From the NCBI RefSeq assembly GCF_020745735.1, contig NC_083404.1, positions 11,904,001 through 11,968,000 on the forward strand: a stretch of DNA of 64,000 bases, read 5' to 3'. The position numbers and the translations under genes were made by a program. Below the pieces are notes generated by a model. It was not told where the DNA came from. It made no database searches and saw only the letters and a list, made by a program, of their open reading frames with translations. The DNA is from Hemiscyllium ocellatum. Lineage: Eukaryota. This document shows positions 50,936 to 64,000 of this stretch, one piece after another; within the stretch, counting starts at the first letter, position 1; every line of letters starts with the position of its first letter.

Positions 50936-53109
50936 GCTGAACGTTAGATTCTTGTTGGTAAATTGCCTGAATGCATTTATCTTTTCATAATGAAGAACTT
51001 GGATTGTTCTACATACTTAATTGAAATTAAAATTTTATCTTGTGAGTAAATGTTAAAATCTCTCATTTTGGCTATGCCAAATATGCTGTCTAGATTTATG
51101 AATCAAAATCTATTCTGTGGGAAAGAAGTTGAATGAGCCAGAATCCAGAATTGGTTGAGTTTTTTGCACACAAAAAAAAATTAAAGTCTGTGTCATCCCT
51201 TTTCTTTTTTCATTCACTGTCCTTTCAAGACAGAAAGCCAAAATTGAAATTCTTGTGAAATATTAACATCGTGATCGAGTGGAGAACGGTTAACTGATAG
51301 AGATGTGTGGGACAATTGAACATTTTAAATGTGAATTTAGCTGGTAAAGAAAGTAATTTCAGGAAATTCTTGCAAACATCAAGCTTTGGAAATGTAAACT
51401 GCACTGCTTTCCCCCATCCCCCCAAAATTGAAAACACCCAGTTCAGTATTACCTATTTTACTCTTTCTGCTCTTTTGCTACTCTTGGAAAGTAAGCATAT
51501 TAGAAGTAAGCATAATATGACATATCAGCATCACTGGCAAGGCAGCATTCACTACCCATTCTAATGTTCCTTTGAATGGAATGGCCTGGTAGGCCACTGC
51601 AGAGAGTTGTTAGGTCAACCATATACTACTGGTAAACATAAAAAGAATACAGATTGCAAAGAACTTTCAGGGCTGCCAGTAATGGTGAAGCAAATGTAAA
51701 AGGCCGAGTGACTGCTCTGTGTTCTTTGATTCATGGAGGCTTGTCTCCAATCCTTTTTTTTTGAGGCTGTTTTGTCAGCAAGCTATTGTGTTCATGTTGT
51801 CAGTACAAGCCAGTGATGAGTCTTTTCATTGAGCTGACAGATGAGCAGCATTTAACCAATGAATGGATATGTAAAGGGTGGTTCATAGAAGAATAAACCT
51901 GAAATGAATTTTTTGGATAAATGAATGAAATAGTGGATAGGAGAATGCCAAATTGCTTCTGGAAGTTCATGCAAACAACATCCACAAAACCCTAAAAGAA
52001 ACTATTAGCTCAAGTTGAAGACAAATTATCAAGTCTCTTGAGAGACATGACTGCATAGCAGTAATGTCACTGAATTAGACATCCAGGGGTTTGTACTCCT
52101 GGGATGTGGCTTCAAATCCTTCCACAGCATCTAGTGAAATTTTAAATTCAATTAATAAGTCTGAATTGAAAGCTAACCTCAGCAATAGAAATTATTAAAC
52201 TAGAATTGATTGTAAAACTCATCTGGTTAACAATTTTCCCTTTTTTTAGGGAAAGAAATCACTGTCATTGTGCAGCTTAGCCTACATATGATTCTAGACC
52301 AACAGCAGTATATGGTTGACTCTTAACAACTCTCTACAGTGGCCTATCAGGGAACATAGGAATGGGTATTGAATGCTGCCTTTGCAGTGATGCCCATGAA
52401 AGAATAAAGGAACAAATATTGCCAGTTGAGGAAAAAATTGGCTTAGCGATAGCAGACAACAGAGGTAATGGAAAGTAGTGGCAGCAATGCATCTTTCCCT
52501 TGTTTCTACACAATATATGAGACTAACGGATTTCAACAAAATTAGTGCACAGAGTATGGCCCAAGAAATAAATTTAGTTTCTGACAAAATTCCAGATCCT
52601 GAAATTTTTAAAGGATCTGTTAACTTTAGGAAATAGGGTAAATTAATACTTTTTAAGAATGTTGTGGAAAGTCTCACTTGTCAAAATATGAGCACAATTT
52701 TCACAGCAGGATGTTGGATGTGGATTGGACTATAGCCGTCTTAGGTTTTTTCAGCTTTGATTATAAACACGACAGGGAACCACTCAAGAAAGACACTTGT
52801 GATTGTAATTTTGACACAGCACAGAAGATCTACATACTCCGCTCTGTTTGAGTGCCCTCTTCATTTATTGGTAAATGTGACCAGAGTTTCCCACAAGGAA
52901 CTGTGACAGTCTCTACTATGTACCAAATTTATTAATCAATACGATGGAATAGAAATTTATAGATTTACCAATTATTCAAAGAAAAAGTAAATCCTGAGTA
53001 CATTTTTGTGAATGAAAATATAAAATTACTAAATCTTGATTAAATTTAAATGGGCAAAAACGTAACTGAAACCAATGGATACAATATAGTCACATACCTT
53101 CCATTACTC

Positions 53110-53700
53110 AAGAAGTGATAAGAATAAAGCAAAAAACTACAGATCAGTGAGTCTGACATCTGGTAGAGCAACTATTGGAAAACGTTGAGGGATCGAAAAA
53201 TCTCCATTTGAAAAGCGAAGATAGTCAGGATGATTTTGTAAGGGAGATATCATTGGCTAACATTTGATTGAAATTTTCAAGGACGTGAATAAGTGTGTAG
53301 ATGAAGGTAACACACTCTAAATTGACTTCTGTAAGGTTTTTGACAAAGTCTTATGTAGACGAGTTAAGAGCCCATGGCATCCCCAGGATAATTTGGCAAA
53401 TTTGATCCAAAAATGACTGAGTGACAGGAAGCAGAGGGAGATGGTCAAAAGATTTTTTTGTGACTGAAAGTCAGTGGCACACTACAAAGTTAGGTGCTGA
53501 ACCCTTTGCTGTTGTATACATTTTAATGGTTTTATATATGAATGTAGAAGGTCAGTAAGTCTGCAAATGCAAAACATTGGTGGTGTCATAAGCAACAAAG
53601 AGGAAAGCCTGAGATAATAAAGCAACATAGATTTGCTGGTCAGATTGGCTGAATAGTGGTAAAGGGAATTTAAGTGGGAATGTTCATTCTGCAATACTCA
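53110..53700 (+). mobile_element. Degenerate CR1-like LINE RT fragment
   Basis: Residual NYR.VSLTS and DF.K.FDKV-like blocks. Confidence 0.55.
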
Positions 53701-55043
53701 ATTTCAGCATAATTTGTGATTTATCAGCTATTGAAGCAGTCCATGTTCAAATGAAACAAAATCTGGACAGTATCCATGCCTGAGGTGACAAGTGCCAAAT
53801 AACAAGAATACCACTTACGCCAGGCTATGACCATCTCCAGTACAAGACAATCTAACCACTACCTTGACATTCAATGGCATTACCGTCACTTAATCCTCCA
53901 CTATCAACATCTTGAGGGTTACCATTGACCAGAAACTCAACTGAACCAATAGACTGGGAGCAAGAGCAGATCAGAGACTAGGAATACTGCAGTGAGTAAC
54001 TCACCTCCTGACTCCGAAAGCCTGTTCACAAGTCAGGAGTGTGACAGAGCACTTTGCCACTTGCCTGGATGATTGCAGCTCCAACAACATTCAAGAAGCC
54101 TGACACCATCCAGCACAAAGTAGCCCACTTCATTGGCATCATACCCACAAATATGCACTCATTTCATCTATAAGATGCACTGCAGCAATTCACCAAGGCC
54201 CCTTTCGACAGCACCTTTCAAACCCGCAACCAACTCGAAGGAGAAAGGCAGCAGATACGTGGGAACGCCACCTCCTGGAAGTTCCCCTCCAAGCCACTTT
54301 CAGCGCTGATCTGGAAACATACTGCCATTCCTTCCGTGTATTTTGGTCAAAATTCAGCAATCCCTACCCTAACAACATTGTGGGTCTACCTGCAGCACAT
54401 AGATGCAGTGGTTCAAGAACGCAATTCACTATTACCTTTTTCAAGGGCAACTAGGGATAGTTCAGCAGCAATGCTCATGTCTCATGAGTGAATTTAAAAA
54501 AAATAGGTGCAAGTATTTTTCTTGACCTTGCTATTGTCAACAAAGTTACTGAAGATGAAACTACATTGACAGAACAGGAAAGATCATGTCTAAAATTTTA
54601 TGGTAGAATTGGAACTTTGATCATTTGAGAACTTCCTTTGAGCAAGACAAGGGGAAAAGGGGAAGATAGTATTGCCTTTGTTACTTGCCACCCTTCTGAA
54701 GAAAATGTTAAGATCAAACTAAAGAAATGAAAACACAAACTCTCTTTATACTCTTTTTATAACTTTATTCTCTTTTGCTGATCAAAGAGGAAAGAAAGAC
54801 AAAAAGCTGCTAAACCTTTGCAGGTATGTGGTGTTATTCTGATTATGTCATTGGCTAGTAATCCGGATCCCCAGGCTGCACGCATACATTCAAAGGGCAG
54901 ATGACATGTGAATTTAATAAAATCTTTGAAGAGAAAGTTAACCTAATGGCGACCACAAACCATTGTTGATTATCATTAGGGGAAACAATTTGGTTCACTA
55001 ATGCCCTTTAGGAAGGAGACTCTGCCACCCTTACAAGTCCTGG

Positions 55044-55137
55044 GCTGAAAGTATGCTGCTGGAAAAGCGCAGCAGGTCGGGCAGCATCCAAGGAGTAGGA
55101 GAATTGACGTTTCGGGCATAAGCTCTTCTTCAGGAAT
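55044..55137 (-). mobile_element. Solo Penelope family A terminal unit with a hammerhead motif (55101-55137), inside a Deu-like SINE
   Basis: ATTCCTGAAGAAGAGCTTATGCCCGAAACGTC on the minus strand; one stem II mismatch. Confidence 0.75.
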
Positions 55138-56507
55138 GACCTCCTTACATGTCCCTCCAGATTTAAATACGCTGCAGGCAGTTAGGGGTGGGCAATAAAT
55201 GCCAGCAGTGATGCTCATGTTCTATACGAGAATTTATTTTAAATTAGGATAGTGATACTTCAGTTTTAAAAGCTGTCAAATCCTAAGAACTACCTACGAA
55301 TAACGCAATCTTTGGGGGACAAGAGGGTTAAAATAGCAGAATAAAACAAAACCTGCAGATGTTGAGGATCAGAAATGAAAGGCAGACATTGCAGGACAAA
55401 TTCTGCACAGATACTACCAGATCTGCTGAAAAAGCAGAATTCACATTTCAAGCCCCGTGACCCTTCAGAGCAGATGCTGTCAGACCTGCTGAATTTCTGC
55501 ACCATTTTATTTTTAAAATGTCAGATGCTTGCAAATATTGATGTGAGTACAGCTGCAATTATACTTTGGAGCCAAGAATGACTTTCACTCCAGTGTTATC
55601 CTATGGTGACTGAATAGCTGGATCGACACCTCTTGCTGTTTGAGGTGGGTGGGATGCTGAGGTTTGGGCATGATCTTTCTGTTATATGTGCTTTACCTCC
55701 ATCTGGGCCTGTTAGAGGCACTTAAAATGATTGGCATCTTTTGTGCACACTTCTTTTCCAATTTGGGTGGACTTAGTTGGGACTATTTTGATAAGGCAGA
55801 GAGGAGTTTACATTTTATTTTTCACTAGGATTTGAAGGATATACTAAAAGCCATTCCTCTGCCCTCCTGGTAATTGTTTGCTGTGACAAAGCTATTGACA
55901 GTTTGTTTTTGAAGTCTTTGTCTATAGGCTAGAGACATGTGACCTGCCCATTGCAACTGACTGAATATAAATAGTGTCTTGAAACTGGCCTGAGAGGGGC
56001 TACTAATACTGGAGTGCCTATTCTGCCAGTTATTTTGCAGAGGCATCACCAGAGCTTTTCTCAAGACATCGAAGTTTCTGTTGTTCGTGATCAAGAGCTC
56101 CAATGCATCCTCAGTGCTGGTAGCACTACTGCCATGTAAACCATGACCCTTGTGTCTGGCTTGAGGTCTTTGGCAACTAACATTGTTCATCAAACAGTCA
56201 AGACTGCACTGGTAAACTGGAAGTGCTGTTGAATTTCAATATTCTTGAAACGAGACAACCTATTATAAAGTTTCTTTCTTTCCTGTTACCCATTTTGTGA
56301 ATGCTAATGTCTAGGTAAGTTGTTTTACTTCCCCCCCAGCTTTACATCAGATTAAATCAATACTAAGTACAAATTGCACTAGTGTTTTAGAATGCACCAA
56401 AAAACAATTGTATGGTACTTTAATTGGCCAGTTTGTGGTAAACAATTGGGAAAACATTGATGCTGAATTCTAATTTAATGTAATTTAATTAATTTAATAA
56501 AATTCTA

Positions 56508-56870
56508 GGCCTTTTCTCATTGGAACAGCAAAGGATGAGGGGTGACTTGATAGAGGTTTATAAGATGATCAGGGGAATAGATAGAGTAGACAGTCAGAGA
56601 CTTTTGTAACAGAGTGTTACAAAAGGGCATAAATTTAAGGTGAAGGGTGGAAGGTATAGGGGGGATGTCAGGGGTAGATTCTTTACCCAGAGAGTGGTGG
56701 GGACAAGGAATGTGCTGCCTGTGTGAGTGGCAGAGTCAGAATCTTTGGTGACCTTTAAGCGGCAATTGGATAGGTACATGAGTAGGTGCTTAAGCTAGGA
56801 CAAATGTTTGGCACAACATCGTGTGCCGAAGGGCCTGTTCTGTGCTGTATTGTTCTATGTTCTATGTTCT
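56508..56870 (+). mobile_element. CR1/HER1-like LINE 3' end with (TTCTATG)n tail
   Basis: GLFSLE..RMRGDLIEVYKMIRGIDRV; tail GCCGAAGGGCCTGTT shared with the HE1-like SINEs. Confidence 0.88.
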
Positions 56871-57185
56871 CGTCAATGATAATGGTGTTTTCTGGACGTC
56901 TAAGATGGCTGTGCTGACCAAGTTATTTTACAATTATGTACTTGTTTTGAGCAATTTGATTAAATGCCAAATGACAGAGCAAATGCAATGTTGATAGCAC
57001 AGCATTTTTACTGTCCCTGCGAGTAATCAATCTTGCCAGGCAAGGGATCTAGCTGTTAACATGTATGGCAAGTGTAAGGAACACTTCAGTTTGGATGCCT
57101 TGAGGTATACTTTTATTTATGCCTTCCAATCAGTGTATTCTGTCTGTCTTTAAAACTTATTGCAAGTAACTTAATATTTTCATGT

Positions 57186-59054
57186 AAAAAGTGAGGTCTG
57201 CAGATGCTGGAGATCAGAGCTGAAAATGTGTTGCTGGTTAAAGCATCCAAGGAACAGGAAATTCGACGTTTCGGGCCAGAGCCCTTCATCAGGAATGAGG
57301 AGAGGGTGCCAGGCAGGCTAAGATAAAAGGTAGGGAAAGGGACTTGGGGGAGGGGCGATGGAGATGTGATAGGTGGAAGGAGGTCAAGGTGAGGGTGATA
57401 GGGCGGAGAGGTCAGGAAGAAGATTGCAGGTTAGGAGGACGGTGCTGAGTTGAGGGAACTGACTGAGACAAGGCGGGGGGAAAATGAGGAAACTGGAGAA
57501 ATCTGAGTTCATTCCTTGTGATTGGAGGGTTCCCAGGCAGAAGATGAGGCGCTCTTCCTCCAACTGTTGTGTTGTTATGTTCTGCCGATGGAGGAGTCCA
57601 AGGACCTGCATGTCCTCGGTGGAGTGGGAGGGAGAGTTAAAGTGTTGAGCCACGGGATGGTTGGGTTGGTTTGTCTGGGCGTCCCAGAAGTGTTCCCTGA
57701 AGCGTTCCGCAAGTAGGCGGCCCGTCTCCCCAATATAGAGGAGGCCACATCGGGTGCAGCGGATGCAATAGATGATGTGTGTGGAGGTGCAGGTGAATTT
57801 GTGGCGGATTTGGAAGGATCCCTAGGGGCCTTGGAGAGAAGTAAGGGAGGAGGTGTGGGCGCAAGTTTTACATTTCCTGCGGTTGCAGGAGAAGGTGCCG
57901 GGAGTGGAGGTTGGGTTGGTGGGGGTGTGGACCTGACGAGGGAGTCACGAAGGGAGTGGTCTTTGCGGAATGCTGATAGGGGAGGGGAGGGGAATATATC
58001 CCTAGTGGTGGGGTCCGTTTGGAGGTGGCGGAAATGATGGCGGATGATATGCTGTATATGGAGGTTGGTGGGGTGGTAGGTGAGAACCAGTGGGGTTCTG
58101 TCTTGGTGGCGGTTGGAGGAGCGGGGCTCAAGGGCAGAGGAGCGGGAAGTGGAGGAGATGCGGTGGAGGGCATCGTCGATCACGTCTGGGGGGAATCTGC
58201 GGTCCTTGAAGAAGGAGGCCATCTGGGCTGTCAGGTATTGGAACTGGTCCTCCTGGGAGCAGATGCGGCGGAGACGAAGGAATTGGGAATATGGGATGGC
58301 GTTTTTACAGGGGGCAGGGTGGGAAGAGGTGTAGTCCAGGTAGCTGTGGGAGTCAGTCGGTTTATAGTAGATGTCTGTGTTGAGTCGGTCGCCCGAGATA
58401 GAAATGGAAAGGTCTAGGAAGGGGAGGGAGGAGTCTGAGACAGTCCAGGTGAATTTGAGGTCCGGATGGAAGGTGTTGGTAAAGTTGATGAACTGTTCAA
58501 CTTCCTCGTGGGAGCACGAGGCAGCGCCGATACAGTCATCGATGTAGCGGAGGAAAAGGTGGGGTGTGGTGCCAGTGTAGTTGCGGAAGATGGACTGTTC
58601 CACATATCCTACGAAGAGACAGGCATAGCTGGGGCCCATGCGGGTGCCCATGGCAACTCCTTTAGTTTGGAGGAAGTGGGAGGATTGAAAAGAGAAGTTA
58701 TTCAGGGCGAGGACCAGTTCAGTCAGTCGAAAGAGGGTGTCAGTGGAAGGGTACTGGTTGGTACGGCGGGAAAGGAAGAAGCGGAGGGCTTTGAGCCCTT
58801 CGTGACGGGGGATGGAGGTGTACAGGGACTGGATGTCCATCATGAAGATAAGGCGTTGGGGACCGGGGAAGCGCAAATCCTGGAGGAGGTGGAGGGCGTG
58901 GGTGGTGTCCCGAACGTAGGTGGGGAGTTCTTCGACTAAAGGGGACAGAACCGTGTCGAGGTACGCGGAGATGAGTTCGGTGGGGCAGGAGCAGGCTGAG
59001 ACAATGGGTCGGCCGGGGCAGTCAGGTTTGTGGATTTTGGGCAGGAGGTAGAAG
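57186..59054 (-). mobile_element. Penelope-like element family A, young, 5'-truncated; RT uninterrupted, frameshift before the GIY-YIG domain
   Basis: Open frame from FYLLPKIHKPD through QTKGVAMGTRMGPSYA, RYIDDC, KPTDSHSYL; IYCIRC..LYIGET in a shifted frame; complete pLTR. Confidence 0.95.
57261..57296 (-). ncRNA. Minimal type-I hammerhead ribozyme motif, intact core
   Basis: AUUC-CUGAUGA-A-GGGC(UCUG)GCCC-GAAA-C-GUC-GAAU; predicted cleavage between 57265 and 57264. Confidence 0.78.
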
Positions 59055-59678
59055 CCTCCTGTGACAATATTGTGACAATCTGAGCAGTCTTTTCAATAAA
59101 TCTCTAGATTTACATGGTCCAATATAATGCCTATAAGAGCTGATAATACATCAAACCTTTCTGAGCAGAATGTTTAACCAATGCCATCCATTGTTATTGT
59201 CTGGGTGGAAAGCGCTTCTGCTGAGGATGGCCTTTAGCAAACTTGTTTTCCTGCTATGTAAAGTAACACCATACACTAAAGTACATGCCACACAAGACCC
59301 TTGCAACAATCAGAAGATCTAATTCATAGCTTGGTTTCTGGAAGTGGAGAAGGAGCAAGCTCACTTGATATTGCTACTGAACCAAATAAATAATTAGATT
59401 AAGTTTTCACTAATTAGAGCAAGTGAAAAACTAAACATGCCTTTTCCTTTAACTGTATAAAAGGAGGAATTTAAGAGTTTTTTTTTGGAAATATCTGTTG
59501 TATAGAAAAACTAATCGATTTTCATTCTAAGATGCAGAATTTCATTGTTAATGCATTTCTAATGCTTAAAGGCAGGTACTCAATTGGACTCTATTCAATA
59601 AGTTTTACAATTTATTTGCCAAGGGTTCACATGGCAAAATTGTGTTAGTTTCAGCATCTACAGTCCTTACTTTCTCCT

Positions 59679-61745
59679 AACATCCTTGTAAATCTTTTCT
59701 GAACCCTTTCAAGTTTCACAACATCTTTCCAATAAGAAGGAGATCAGAATTACACGCATTTTTTGAACAGTGGCCTAACCAATGTCCTGTACAGCCTCAA
59801 CATGACCTCCCAACTCGTGTACTCAATATTCTTACCAATAAAGGAAAGCATACCAAAAACCCTCTTCACTATCCTATCTACCTTTTGACTCTAGTTTGAA
59901 GGAGCTATGAACCTGCACTCCAAGGTCTTTGTTCAGCAACACTCCCTAGGACCTTACCATTAAGTGTATAAATCCTGCTAAGACTTGCTTTCCCAATGCA
60001 CCTCACATTTATCTGAATTAAACTCCAACTGCCAGTTCTTAGCCCATTGGCCCATCTTGTCAAGATCCTGTTGTAGTCTGAGGTACCCTTCTTCGCTGTC
60101 CACTAAACCTCCAATTTAGGTGTCATCCGCAAACTTACTAACTTAAAACACTATGCTCTCATCCAAATCATTTGTATAAATGACGAAAAGTAGAGGACTC
60201 AGCACCAATCCTTGTGGCACTTCACTGGTCACAGGCTTCCAGTCTGAAAAACAACCCTCTACCACCATCTTCTGTCTTCTACCTTTTGAGCCAGTTCTGT
60301 ATCCAAATGGCTAGTTCTCCCTGTATTCCGTGAGATCTAATTTTGCTAACCAGTCTCCCTCCCATGGGGAACCTTGTTGAACGCCTTACTCAAGTCCATA
60401 TAGATCATAAATACCATTCTGCCTTCATCAATCCTCTTTGTTACTTCAAAAAAACTCAACGGTCTACCTTGTCCATGCTGACCAAGTTTCCCAAAATAAA
60501 CTAATCCCGCTTGCCTGCGTTTGGCCCATGTCCCTCAAAACCTTTCCTATTCACGTACCTGTCCAAATGACTTTTTTAAATGTTGTGACTGTACCTGTAC
60601 CTGTACCTGTACCTGTACTTGCAACTACCATTCCCTCTGGCAGTTTATTTCAGAAACAAACCACAGTGTGGAAAACGTTGCCCCTCAGGACCCTTCTAAA
60701 TCTCTCTCCTCTTATCTTTAAAAATATGCCTCCCCACTTTTGATCTCCCCTACCTTAGGGAAAATACTTTTTACCGTTCACCCTGTCTATGCCCCTCATG
60801 ATTTTATAAACTTCCATAAGGTTGCCCCTTAACCTGCCACTGAAAAAAAGACCCAGCCTCTCTTTAATTCAAATCCTCCAGTTCTGGCAACATCCTGGTT
60901 AATCTTTTTTTAATCCTTACTATAGCAGGGCGACCAGAACTGTACAGATGACATTGGTGAGACCACCTTTTACTGCACTGTAAAACCTCAACAAGACGTC
61001 CCAACTCCTATACTCCATGGTCTGAGCAATAAAGACAAGCACACTAAATGACCTCTTAACCAACCTGTCTATCTGTGACCTAACTTTTAAAGAACTATTT
61101 ACTGAACCCAAGGTCTGTGTTTGACAACACTATCTAGGACCCGACTATTAGCTGAATAAATTATGCCCTTGTTTGCTTTATCAAAATGTCATACCTTGCA
61201 TTATTCCGAATTAAACTCCATCTGTCACTCCTCAGTCCATTTACCCAATTGATCAAGATCTCTTTGTAATTTTAGATGACCACCTTCACTGTCAACTATA
61301 CCACCAATTTTGGTGTCATTCACACACCTACCAACCCATGCCTCCTATATTCTCATTCAAATTGTTTGTATAAATGATAAAAAAAAACGGCAGACCTAAT
61401 ACTGATTCCAGTGGAACACCACTGGTCACAAGCCTCCAGTCTGAAAAAAAACAACCCTCCATCACCACCCTCTGTCTCCTATCGTCAAGTATTTTTCTAC
61501 CCAATTAACAAGCATATCCTGAATCCCATGTGATCTAACTTTTCCAATTCAGTCTACCATGCAGAACCTTGCCAAAGGCTTTACTAAAGTCCATGTTGAC
61601 AATGTCTACCACTCTGCCCTCATCAAACATTTTGGTTAAGTCCTCCAAAACTCAATCTGGTTTGAGCAACGTGATGTCCCACAGCCATGTTAACTATCCC
61701 TAATCGGTCCTTGCCTTTACAAATTAATGTAAATTGCCTCTATCT
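59679..61745 (-). mobile_element. Two tandem CR1/HER1-like LINE fragments (59679-60460 and 60461-61745)
   Basis: First fragment begins with sequence nearly identical to 34610-34990; both carry GVPQG/KFADDTK-type RT blocks; a second 3' tail begins at ~60461. Confidence 0.82.
60589..60618 (+). repeat. (CTGTAC)5 tandem repeat
   Basis: Directly visible. Confidence 0.9.
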
Positions 61746-63058
61746 ACACTAGGGATTCTGTGACAAGAAGCAAAGGTTTTCTTTCTGTGGAATTAGAATT
61801 GTGGAAAGTAAACTTATGAGACTAACTGCATTGAGCAAGAAAAACAGGTACACAGAAGTATAAATTGGTGCATGTTGCCAATTGTACCTCAAAGCTGTCC
61901 CGTGGAAGTGTATTCTGACTGCCTCTGGCAAATGGACTCCTTTCTTGTTGCTTTAACAGTACAGAAATGTAAGCAATCTGAACTATTAATAAGCTGTTTC
62001 TTATAAATCCTAACATGACTGACTTCTTGGTATTGCTGGGAATACTAGAAAAACAATTGAAGCTAATGAAATCCAGGTGGCTTTTTGAAAATGACGTCTG
62101 TTTAAACATTGTTGCACTAATGTGGAGTGACACTACAGCTGAGATCAGCTTGCTTTTTAAAAATTGATCCCTAATCTTCCTGGTAAAGATGTAACAGGAA
62201 AATTAATTACGAGAGGTGCAAAGCAGCAAAATGAATCTTCTCACTTTTGTGAATTAATCTGCTGTAAGCAGAAACTGGAGTGCTTTGTGTAACAACAGCC
62301 GAAGGTCTCTGAACTAGGATCAGGAGCCTTGTTTGCTTTAACACATTTTGTGTATTGGAGGGCCCAAGGCCACATACATCCAATAAATTGCTTTCAGTTT
62401 ATACATTTCTGCTAGTTATTCATATCTTCTATTTTGTTAGTGCACTGATCCTTTCAAAAGCAATTTACGCAGTAAATATAAATTTTTGATTTACAGCTCC
62501 GTTCTGAAGGTAGGCCCAAGAAGCTAGATTAAAACAAAGAAAAGCACAGGACTTGATCAATTGTAACAAAAAAAATGAACTACAGATGCAAAAACAGAAA
62601 TTGTTGGAAAAATTCTAGCAGCATCTGGGAAAGAAAGCAGAATTAATGTTTCGGGTTTGGTCACCCTTCTTCAGGTGTCAATTTCTATTTTTTAAGTTGA
62701 TTTGGGCATCCACTGTGCATCAAACACTTGTATATCAAGTATATTATTGCCTGGGTCTTTGGATTGTTCTGGGGACCTGAGCTCAAATCCAGCCACAGCA
62801 GCTGGTGGAATTGGAATTTGAATTCAATAAAAATCTCGAATTAAGAGTCTAATGATAAGCATGGGACCACTGACAATTGTCAAAAAACCCATCTTGTTCA
62901 CTAATGCCCTGTTAAGGAAGGAAACGGCTACCCTTGATTGGTCTGACCTACATGTGACCTTAGACCCATAGCAGTGTGTTTGACTCTCCACTGTTCTTTG
63001 GGCAACTAGGGAATGAGCAATAAATGCTGGCCTAGCCAGCAATGTTCACATCCATAAA

Positions 63059-63277
63059 GTTAAAAATCACACAACACCAGGTTTAGTCCAACAGGTTTGT
63101 TTAGAAGTACTAGCTTTCGGAGCACTGCTCTTTCATCAGGCAGCTGTAGAGCAGGATTCAGCTCCACAGCTCCTAATGAAGGAGTCATACTCCGAAAGCT
63201 AGTACTTCCGATAACCTGGTGTTGTATTATTTTTAACTTTTTGTCCGCCTCAGTCCAACACAGGCACTTCAACATCA
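63059..63277 (+). mobile_element. Palindromic non-autonomous Penelope family B unit with a hammerhead motif in each arm, 13-bp TSD
   Basis: Inverted arms 63059-63150 and 63160-63237 plus 40-nt tail; TSD TCACATCCATAAA at 63046-63058 and 63278-63290. Confidence 0.87.
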
Positions 63278-64000
63278 TCACATCCATAAATGCAGAGTTT
63301 CTATATCAATTTCTGTTTTTATTTCAAATTTCCAGCATCTTTAAATCATTGCACATCTCTTCCAGATACGTTCTCCTTGAAGTTCTGCTCCTCCGTTCTC
63401 TTAATCTTCCTTCTTGTTAAACATCATTACTTTTGTTCTCACTTTCTGTGGCTGATAAGGTATTTGCCAAAACTCCTGCACAGCCACATCTTGCTCCTTA
63501 GTGACTGCCTCCAACTCTAACTCTTCCCAAGTGGATTCCAACTGAATTTCATCCTTCATGTTTGAATCCACTCAGGATCACACCCGTGATGTACAACACT
63601 CATTAGACGGTTGTTCTCTCCATATCCTGAAATCCACACTGAGTGCCATGAACCGTCATATGCGCACTCTGAATGGCTCTCCCTCCATTGGCATCATCTC
63701 ATGCTATCTCAGAGCTATCCTAACTCCTCCTCCCCACTTCCACTTCATTCTTCAGCTCATTTGACGTTCTAGCAAGAAACTTTTTTTTTCCCTCTCGGGT
63801 AATAATGAATGCAAGCTGTAACAACTGAGATACCCACACCCCTCTGGAATCTTTTTTCCACCAAACCCCCAAACTGCATCTCGTCTCTTAACCCCATCTC
63901 TTGTTGGTGTTTACTATCCTTTCTGATCTTCCTTTCTCTGAACGTTCTGTATTCAGAAAAAGATTACATTATGCAGAAAAGTTGAATAGATAAAGTCTAT

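Noticed and set aside
27100-64000. Next RDH10 coding exon (expected to begin TTKAFLP)
   Set aside because: Not found by eye; probably beyond the window, but a missed exon cannot be excluded without tBLASTn.

Overview
Vertebrate genomic DNA, most likely from a shark. This is inferred from HE1-like V-SINEs, CR1/HER1-like LINE tails and SacSINE1-like elements. The window holds a complete RPL7 gene (minus strand; 6 coding exons giving 246 aa, a 3'UTR exon and a 5'TOP motif) head-to-head with RDH10 (plus strand). Only the first RDH10 coding exon is seen; the rest of the window looks like one long intron. A CpG-rich first coding exon of an unidentified minus-strand gene lies at about 6.3-6.6 kb, with an RFX X-box upstream. 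The rest is repeat-dense, with nested SINEs, CR1/L1/Tx1 LINE remnants, one pogo/Tigger-like MITE and many Penelope-like elements (RT plus GIY-YIG). The most striking structure not explained by genes is a set of minimal type-I hammerhead ribozyme motifs in the Penelope terminal repeats. These also occur as small non-coding units: a ~125-bp solo unit inside RPL7 intron 5 in the sense orientation, and two ~210-220-bp palindromic units with a hammerhead motif in each arm. All three are flanked by 13-bp target-site duplications. All family assignments were made by eye; no database search was run.
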